A DNA stretch of 63,626 bases, filler included, from Neolecta irregularis DAH-3 (Eukaryota): NCBI GenBank assembly GCA_001929475.1. It is 8 parts of 8 records of this genome, joined end to end, with 100 filler letters (N's around TTAATTAATTAA, not from the genome) between each part and the next. Parts side by side here need not be neighbours in the genome. Positions count along the whole stretch, not along the records: positions 54,759 to 60,723 come from LXFE01000401.1; positions 60,824 to 62,353 come from LXFE01003592.1; positions 62,454 to 63,626 come from LXFE01003593.1; 5 more parts are not named here. One strand, 5' to 3'. A program made the translations under genes and the position numbers. The notes beneath the pieces are model-generated. The model made no database searches. It was not told where the DNA came from and saw only the letters and a program-made list of their open reading frames with translations. Positions 55,114 to 63,626 of the stretch are shown here, piece after piece (within the stretch, counting starts at the first letter, position 1; each line of letters opens with the position of its first letter).

Positions 55114-56165
55114 ATGCTTCCAAGCTCGATTCGCAGGACATGGGCTTTCAGTTTGAAGTTGCCTGTCTATTCACGGAAATTCTTCGCTTCAAATAATCCA
55201 TTCTTACATCAGAAAGCGCAAAGATTCTTTTCATTTACTGCTCATCGAACAGCAACTCACAAGTCTCTAAGAGAAACTTCAAGATCATTCTACTCACAAA
55301 AGCAATCATCCGCATTAAAAATACTCGTTAAACCTACTTTGTTTGCGATATTTATTTCAGGATCAGCCTGGATAGTTTCAGCACAATTCACTGATTCACA
55401 AGACACAATAACTCAAACTCCCTTTGGAGCTCTCTCAGAATCTCATAAAACAATAGCTGCAATTATTGCAGGCAATATCTTTATTTTTCTACTCTGGAAG
55501 TTTCCACCTATGCAAGCTAAAGTATTTGACGCATTTCTTTTAAATCCAAGCCAAATTCTTTTGGATAGAGGCGGTTCTGCAAAATCGCTGTTTTCCCTGC
55601 TTGGATCTGCATTTAATCACCAGTCATCAACTCATATATTTCTCAACCTATACGCACTATGGCAATTCGGTCCAATGCGTATATATCCATAGAGAAGGCA
55701 GCAACTCACCATCTAGTCCATGATTTCACTGGCAGGCCAAATTTTCTGGCTTTCTATGTCACTGCAGCAATGTCTTCATCGTGGCTATCTCTAGCAATGG
55801 CTTTACTCCAACGTCCGTTGCCCATGCCAAAGTCTTTAGGCGCTTCTGGAGCGATTTTTGGAATTTTGGGAACAGTATGTATACTGGAACCTGATCTCAG
55901 AATTTCGATTATTTTCCTACCATTTATTGTTGGAAAGATAAAATATTTTATTGGAGCAACGGGATTGCTTGAATTGTTTGCGATGCTTGGTAGAGGAAGA
56001 ATCCCTATGCCTAGGAGGATTTCATTAGATCACGCGGGTCATGTAGGTGGACTTGCTGCTGGATTGGGCTACGGGTTTCATATTCGGAATGAAGCTGAAC
56101 GAAAGCGGAAACGCCTCGAAAAAGTTAGAAAAGAACGTTTAGTACGCTTTGGAACGTGGTGGTAA
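55114..56165 (+). CDS. PCP1: Mitochondrial rhomboid protease (Pcp1/PARL-like), 2 exons
   Basis: Basic presequence, FNH....HIFLN, catalytic GASGA and DHAGHVGG. Confidence 0.8.
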
Positions 56166-56250
56166 GTTATATTACGAGTCATATTGCTTCTTGAAACTAT
56201 CAAATAACAAAGCGATAATTGGAAATTGAAATGGAATCTGAGACATTTTG

Positions 56251-58446
56251 TCACTCAAGTCTCTTCTTTCCTCTACCAAGTTCAATTTCAGATAACGTAT
56301 TTTTGGGGTTTCTCTGTATATTGGTGGTTTTTTCCGCATCGATCCAATCTGGTACTACGAGAGTAGGCCAATTGACATATTCAAGACCATTGACGATGAG
56401 AGTCTTTGCAGACCACAGGAAAATCGCAAACCAAAGCATGAAAAAATACCGGAGAGGCAGCCGAGCGTCATCGTCTCGAGGAAGAATCAAGCCAGCCAAC
56501 AGCATAACAATAGAAGTAAAGAGAATATATGGAATCTAATCTGTCAGAGAGTTGATCTTGCAAAGAATATACAGATTGCAGGAAGAGAGACTTAGTTTGG
56601 AAGACCGGTATAGGCATTTCGTCAGGCGAGAAATTACCAAGAAACAAATCGTAAGCATCCTCGACATGTCAGGATATGCAACACTTCATCAGTATACCTG
56701 TCGACCTCCATCAATAAAATTATTTCTCAGATACCGCATGACGCTGTGTTGAAAATCCTGGAATGCACCCGCTTTTGTCCGCAGTCCAGTTCTCGTAAAG
56801 TCCGTTTTCAAGGCTCCTGTCCCTGAGTATGCTCTTGAAACAACATCAGCGTTATCAGCCCACACTGTTCAGTATCAGTCAAAATGGTTAAATGAAACCC
56901 CACTGTTTCGAAACACACTCTCAAACTGGGGAGAGTCACTGAACGTTTCATTAGAGTTTAGTAATCCAATATCGCGAAGTTGTCTTGTCAACACCCATCG
57001 AGCGAGACTGGATTGTACAACATTGGTTCGATCAAGACAATCCATACAGTTGCTTCTGACGACTGAAGTCTGCATCTTTTTGATTTCCTTTCCGACGTGA
57101 CAATAGCTAAAACCATCATTATAATACAGTAAAGTCGGAAATTACCCCTGTTGAACCAAATTCGGTTCAAGCTGGTCAATCAATATCTGCACGCGATGCC
57201 ATCTCATTTTGCTGCATTCATGGTGGAAATCAAAGTATGTGTAATGAAGTCTGAGATTCTTCAACTCATCTATCATGTCTTCATATGCCCTTTTGACGTC
57301 TGCTTCTCGCCCCTTCTGATTGACCAAATTGACGAGGTATTGGTCTCCATATAAGCTTAATTGAGACTCAAAGTGGTTGCGCGCAGCTTGAATCTATGAC
57401 CATAAGCCAAAAACCCCCCAAAAGTGCTAACGGAATCTTCAGATTGGTGTATTCTTAAGCGAGGATGATATTTTAAATGGACAATTTCGTTCCACTGCGT
57501 AGGAACGCTCCCACGAGTCTGAACATATGACAATTGGACAAATCCTTCTGTTGGAGTCTCGCAGAGGACAATTTGCTCAGTCTCATTGAAGTTGGACGCA
57601 TTGCCAGCTGCATCAAGGCCACGCGAGAAATATCGAGTTCCAGCCCGAAACCGGGATCTTCGAGATACTAGGACTAGAGTGAAAGGTTGGCCTTTCAATC
57701 TAATGTCTGCGATCTCGAAATTTCCGTACATTACCGGCAGAATATATTTATCTAGCTAACTCAATGAGCCAAGTGTCCTCGACGGCCTGTGGGATACCTC
57801 AGCACCTGAAGTCTTACGAAAATTGACGAGTTCGCTTTGCAAGTACCTGTTCCAGAAAAACCGAGTATCTGCCCGTTGCCATAATGCATGATCTGGATAC
57901 GGAGTTGTAACTTGTCTTTGGAGAGTATTCGTGACATCCAACGTTCTGGAGAAATACAGAGGAGCACTTCCGAGATGCGACTTTAGGAGATTCAGACAGA
58001 TTTCGTCTTCGGGTGACTATGAAACTCAGATAGGGATTCAGCAGAAATACGTACATTGGCCCGCTTGAATACCGGTATAATGTCCCATTCTTCAAGTTTC
58101 CATACTTTATGCTGACCCAGTTTTCCGATTTCCCTTTCTTTGGTGATGACTATTATGTATTTGTCTGGAACTATTAATCATGCATCCATTGCCATTAGGA
58201 TACTTGATTGTAACTTGATGATTCCTAGGATCCCGCTTACATATCTCTCCGAGTAGCTTTTGAATGCTGATTGATCTAGAATTAGTACTCATTTTTTGGC
58301 CGGATACCCTTTAAACTCAATTGGCTGTTTTCTCGTGATATACACAGCGCCTTCTCCGAAACGCCAAATGCTTGAGGCGGAAAGAAAACATAGTTTGAAT
58401 CTGATGTCGAGAGCTTGAGGTATTGATGAAGGGGTTGAGATGCCAT
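56251..58446 (-). CDS. SAC1: Phosphoinositide phosphatase Sac1, multi-exon
   Basis: [37 protein letters not shown], catalytic [15 protein letters not shown], two C-terminal TMs. Confidence 0.93.
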
Positions 58447-59698
58447 TGCAGAGATCGATATCGATGATAGTATCTGGAATAGCTTCGGAAGAGATGCAGT
58501 GAGGAAGCCGATGGAGAATTCCCTACAGACTGGACCCGTATAAATCTTGGAATTCAATCGAACAAAAGCCGATCTTATTGCAGAAGGTTTGAGTAAAGAA
58601 TGATGTGATAATAGGGCAGAAATGGGTAACAGGGATGGGAGATGGTGTAGCGTTCCCCTTGAAACTCTTCGATTAATTTATCAACTCGCTAAGACACTGT
58701 ACTACACAATTAAACAATACATCAAAAACATGATATGAACAAATTGAGAGGCAGACATTAGAACGGAATACAGATATATTATTATTTAGATGAAGGAAAA
58801 CTACATAGATCGTCAGTCGAGAACACGGTGGCTTTCCAAAGGCGGCAATATCTTTAGGACCCCTTCATATTTCACCCACATCTCGATCCTAGTTTTGATT
58901 TCGCTTTTGCTACTGTAAATCGTGTTGTTTAGTCTTGCTCGCCTCTTCTAATCATGCCTGATGGCGTAATAAATCTGCGGGACCAATGGATTCAGCAGCG
59001 TGGGATGTTTTACTTCTTAATCAACTGTTCTTTGGGGGGTGACTTTTCTTGCTGATCTCAGAATTCAAAAAGGCTAGATGGTAATTCCAATGAGTATCTG
59101 AAATTAATAAAAGATGTTGCTAGATTATTGGCGCAAAACACGTATTTTATGGGACAGTATACCGGGCCATACTTTTTATTATTAAGGGTTATTTCGTATT
59201 TTCTCATTAAGTTGAATTGACGGGCCACGATTTCTGTGGATGCTTCGAGATGGCAATATCTTGGACTCGAATGCATAGGAACTCTTCAATAGGCGCCAAC
59301 GGCTATATTTAAGGCAACATTCGGCAACGGGGGATTCGTCGTCGCCAGCTCAATTCTCTGGCATATCATCGCGCTTAGCACTAATATTCCCTGGCTTTTT
59401 GTCCTCAGCAAATGGTGAAACGTGCGGAATATACTTTCCATTCTATTCAATTTATGGATATCTTATGGTCGATTGCCTGTCACTATTTGGAGAAATTCGG
59501 CATTCAAAGCTTATCCTTCCGTATTTGCTATTACATCTAGACAGAAAGCTGGAACAACCCATACATCTCTCAACCAAAGTGTATCTGCAACCTCCACATG
59601 AACGCCTTGATGTTTACGGTAAACTGTCTTCGATGACTTGTACATATCAATGCTCTTTCTTATGTGCATATCACTGTTACATTACTTTTTTCGCTGTA

Positions 59699-60148
59699 CT
59701 ATAGATCCTCAACATCATCACCACAGTCTGCAGCAACACTCTCTGCTTGCTGAGCCGCCTTTCGAGACATATGGAGCCGTGAATCTAGTTCCCTTAATCC
59801 CTTCCGAACAGTTTTCGCGTCTGTTTCAAGATCCTTACACCACGCTCTAACCTCCCTTGCCGCAAATTCCAGGTTGCTCTTTTGCTCTTCAAGATCTCTG
59901 ATCCGAGCTTCCAGCGTACGGATATAATCAATTTTTTGATTACATGCAAAGACTAGCGTTTCATTTTCACAGTGAACACCTCGAAATCTGCGTAACTCTT
60001 TTGCCTGGTTATCGATCTGAAGCTTGAGCTGTTCATTGGAGCCATTTTTTGCCGCTAGTTCTGACAAGAGAGTGTCTGAGACTTCCGGGGAATCCTTCTT
60101 CTTTAACGAATCACGGATGCGAGTTATCAGATCGACCTCTTGAGACAT
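59699..60148 (-). CDS. Uncharacterised coiled-coil protein (possibly one exon of a larger gene)
   Basis: Heptad-rich ORF from ATG 60148; no family recognised. Confidence 0.4.
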   Translation of the reverse strand: MSQEVDLITRIRDSLKKKDSPEVSDTLLSELAAKNGSNEQLKLQIDNQAKELRRFRGVHCENETLVFACNQKIDYIRTLEARIRDLEEQKSNLEFAAREVRAWCKDLETDAKTVRKGLRELDSRLHMSRKAAQQAESVAADCGDDVEDL

Positions 60149-62453
60149 GATGATTGAAGGGTCAGGAGGTTTCGAAAACCCGAGCACAGTACACTACAGG
60201 AATGACGTGAAGGACAAAATAATGCCCTTTGTAGTGAGATTAGATTGTGAGACAGATCATTTAGCAACTGTAGGAAAAATGCGACTTATTTAATGGCCCG
60301 TTTCTCCCTTCCCCTTCAAGAATGTCTTCTTGAAAGCCCTCGAGTAGAGCAGATCCTGAGAGGCTGAAGTTAGGGGCCATCTCATTGCTTTGGTTCAAAG
60401 TTCTGTGCTTTTCATTTAAATGCCAAGACCTGATACGGCACACAGAAACACAATATTGGATAGATAAAACATCATTTTTATACCCAATGAATTCTAGAAG
60501 TTTACAAATGACTTTTTGCAGGAGGTCTGAGCATTGGAAAATTCAATTCCACTTTTCGAAAACATTTGCCTATCGATAAAGTCATTGAAGTATTTCTGTC
60601 AGAAATTTCAATTATCACCATAGTATAAACTTATACACATCAGATCAAATACCTACGATATATTGTGTATTTCTGCTGGAAAATAAATTCTATAAAGCTC
60701 AAAAAGTGGGTCAAGTTAAATAANNNNNNNNNNNNNNNNNNNNNNNNNNNNNNNNNNNNNNNNNNNNTTAATTAATTAANNNNNNNNNNNNNNNNNNNNN
60801 NNNNNNNNNNNNNNNNNNNNNNNTGAAGAAGAAGGAGCCTACTGACTGCATGCCCTCCAACCCTTCCACCACCTATGCTTCCTCAACCTCACCTCCCTCC
60901 CTGTTTATACTGGCCTGACGCCTGACGAACCCGTTTGCAGTAGCAAAGGCCCTTTGTGCATCACTTTGTGCATTGCTGCTTGCATGGAGCAGTCCTCGTG
61001 ACCAAGTTCAAGCTTGCAGAACCCCTTGCGCTCCTCAGCATTGTAAAGGATCTGGGGCCGCATCCCTGGGAGCATCGTCTCCTGCGAGATCTTTTGCCAC
61101 AAAGAAGCCGCCCTATCGCACCCGCAAATGCTACCCAGCACATCTTCTTCGCCTAAATGAGATCCATAACCCTCGGATGCTGGTTGCAGTAATGCAGGTG
61201 AAACCTGCTATCCCTCGCCCCGCACCCGACCAGCTCCACTCCATCCTCAAAATCTCCCATCCCCAACATTGGCTGAGTACATGGTAATTCTTCCCTTTTG
61301 TCACTTTCCAATGGCGTAGCTCGATGCGATTGGCGCCTGGTCTATTCCTGCTGCGAGATTTGGGTGAGCTCTGGAATGAATCCGTGGAACTTCGGGCTAT
61401 CAAGGATGAAATCACACGAATTCGAACTGCGTAATCGCAAAATGAACAACTTGAGACTGATACCCGAGAATATGCTGCTCCCCTACTTTATCAACTTAAG
61501 ATTGTCTTCTCAAGGGCTAATCTCACATTTTGGCGATCGAAAGATTATGGATTCATTCGGTAATAACTCCATTCTGGACGAGGCTAATTTTCTCAAGTCT
61601 TTATGCATTTCACTGTCGCTTTTTTGACCTCGCCCCAGCCCCCTGCGCGCACTCGCCCGCGATCCCGCCAGCCTTTGCTCTTGTCCTTGACGCCGCTCCA
61701 GACCCGCTGCTACCGCTGTTCGCTGGTGTACCCGCGCCGCCGACCGCCTTTCCTCGCCCTGCCGCATCTCGCTTATTCTCTTTTGCGCTCGCCACACGGT
61801 TTCCTCCCGTCTACTCCGCTTCCTGCCGGAGCCGCTGGTGCCCGCTGACCGCTGCGCCTCCATGTGTGCCCCGCTGGGCAACGTCGCGCTCGACCGCCAC
61901 AGCTGCTGCTCTACGTCCTCGACCTGGTCCCCCATCTCCGCCTCCAAGGCCGCTCTACGTCCTCGACTAACCCTAAGCTCAGTGCCGATTTAAGCGACAC
62001 CCCCCTACACGCGACACAATGTAATTACATAATAAAAATAAAAATATAGATTTTTCTCCACCAATCCCAACCTTCCTCCCCCTCCCTTCGTCAGATGAGC
62101 GGGACAAGAGAGGCGGGAGGATGCATGGGATGGGCGAGGTGGGACGGGACGCGCCGGACGGGCGAGGCGGGAGGGGTGAGCAGGACGGGCGAGGTGGGAG
62201 GGACGCGCTGGACGGGTAAGGCGGGAGGGACAAGAGGGTCGTGCGAGGTGGGACGGGACGCGCGGGATGGGTGAGGAGGGAGTGATGCCCGGGATGGGAG
62301 AGGCGGGAGGGATGCGTGCGATCGGATGGGCGGGACGGGAGAGGCGGGACGGGNNNNNNNNNNNNNNNNNNNNNNNNNNNNNNNNNNNNNNNNNNNNTTA
62401 ATTAATTAANNNNNNNNNNNNNNNNNNNNNNNNNNNNNNNNNNNNNNNNNNNN

Positions 62454-63091
62454 GAGAAATCTGAACCGCCCGCCCGCCGGGGAGACTCCGGCAGGCGGGT
62501 GGGCGAATGCATTTTTATGCCAACTGCCGTCACCAAGATCCAAAGCACCCACCTGGAGAGTGCTCCAATCTCAACGACTTTGGTACCGTTAGAAAGCCCT
62601 TGTCAAGGCGCATCCGCCAGTGGTAACTACAGTTGCCTGTGATGCGTTTTGAATACAGCGCTTACATGTGATGCTTCCTCAAAGGTCCGCCTTTGACTTT
62701 CTCGCATTGAATTTATTGGCAGACCATGAGGTTTGCCTTTAAATTCCGACCCCGATAGTGCTTGTTCTGTTTGAATCCGTTGGTTCGTTGTTCAACCGTG
62801 AATTGATTGCCATTTGCTCAAAGTTATGCTCGCAAGATTTGTCACGGATCACTTGACACTATGATCCGGATGATTTGACATGAAACTTTGTGAGCATGTG
62901 CAGCATACTTCACCTATTAAAGAAATGGCCAGATAAAAATCATTTTATGCTAGCAATTTTGGTTATTTAGTGAATATTGTATTGCACCTATCCTAATTGT
63001 CCAAAAAAACGATTTGACCCGCCCGCCCGCCTGCCGGAGATTGATTGACCTGCCCGCCCACCGGGGGTCGGGCGGGCGGGTGGACACACTG
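62454..63091 (+). mobile_element. Further copy of the non-autonomous hAT family
   Basis: 62690-63050 aligns with 768-1110. It ends with the TIR GGGTGGACACACTG at 63091; the left end is in a gap. Confidence 0.8.
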
Positions 63092-63626
63092 TAAAATATT
63101 ATCGAGCAAGTCCAGACAAGCAAGTTCAATTTCCAAGGAATCGTATTTGCTTGGAAACGGTGGTCTGCGTGACTTGCAGGCATGCGCCACCAAGGCTGAT
63201 AGATTGGCGCTAAAGCCTTGACATGGAAATGATAGACAGAAATGTAGATATATGGGGCGACGAGGGCGGCTTCCCTTGACTCAGCCTTGAATATCGGACT
63301 GAGCTGAGACACTCAAATCAAATCATTAAGGGCTCTTTTTTTAGGCTGGNNNNNNNNNNGCCTTGAATATCGGACTGAGCTGAGACACTCAAATCAAATC
63401 ATTAAGGGCTCTTTTTTTAGGCTGGCAGACCTAAGGGAAGCTAATCGACTGTACAGAGCTCTTCAGGACGGTTCACAGTATCTCGAGAGTGGCAACGGCA
63501 CCTGATATGAATGACACATAAATATATCGAAAGGTTTAGATTCAAAAGACTAGAATACAGCTCATCGAAGATAGGACCGAGCTTTACTGCAATAGATGGG
63601 GATCGGAACAAAGGCAAGGCTACTAA

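Noticed and set aside
60824-61630. Retrotransposon gag-like remnant
   Set aside because: Fragmented frames with no diagnostic motif I can identify.

Overview
Eukaryotic (fungal) genomic DNA, gene-dense, with many very short (about 35-50 nt) introns. Gene style suggests an early-diverging ascomycete (Taphrinomycotina, possibly Neolecta-like; this is inference). The window is a pseudo-scaffold of contigs joined by N-runs carrying a TTAATTAATTAA linker, so adjacency is only reliable within contigs. Genes recognised by hand-splicing: FRE-like ferric reductase, SEC22, ELP5, two MMM1 paralogs, ELP2, KTI11/DPH3, URM1, CBC1, KSP1-like kinase, ADO1, aquaporin, NAP1, class V myosin, AOS1, a Zn2Cys6 fragment, MPC1, INSIG/NSG, SET1, eIF3m, mitochondrial bL36, PCP1-type rhomboid and SAC1. 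There are also hAT, pogo-like and solo-LTR remnants. The main finding is a compact, gap-free ~7.7 kb cluster of four non-homologous genes of the tRNA wobble-uridine (mcm5s2U34) modification pathway: ELP5, ELP2, KTI11/DPH3 and URM1. The last two are absent from the ORF track. Secondary findings are a local MMM1 duplication, an apparent excess of GC-AG introns, a reductase lacking one haem-ligand His, and a pair of secreted PAN/apple-like proteins. Exon boundaries were derived by eye and need RNA-seq confirmation.
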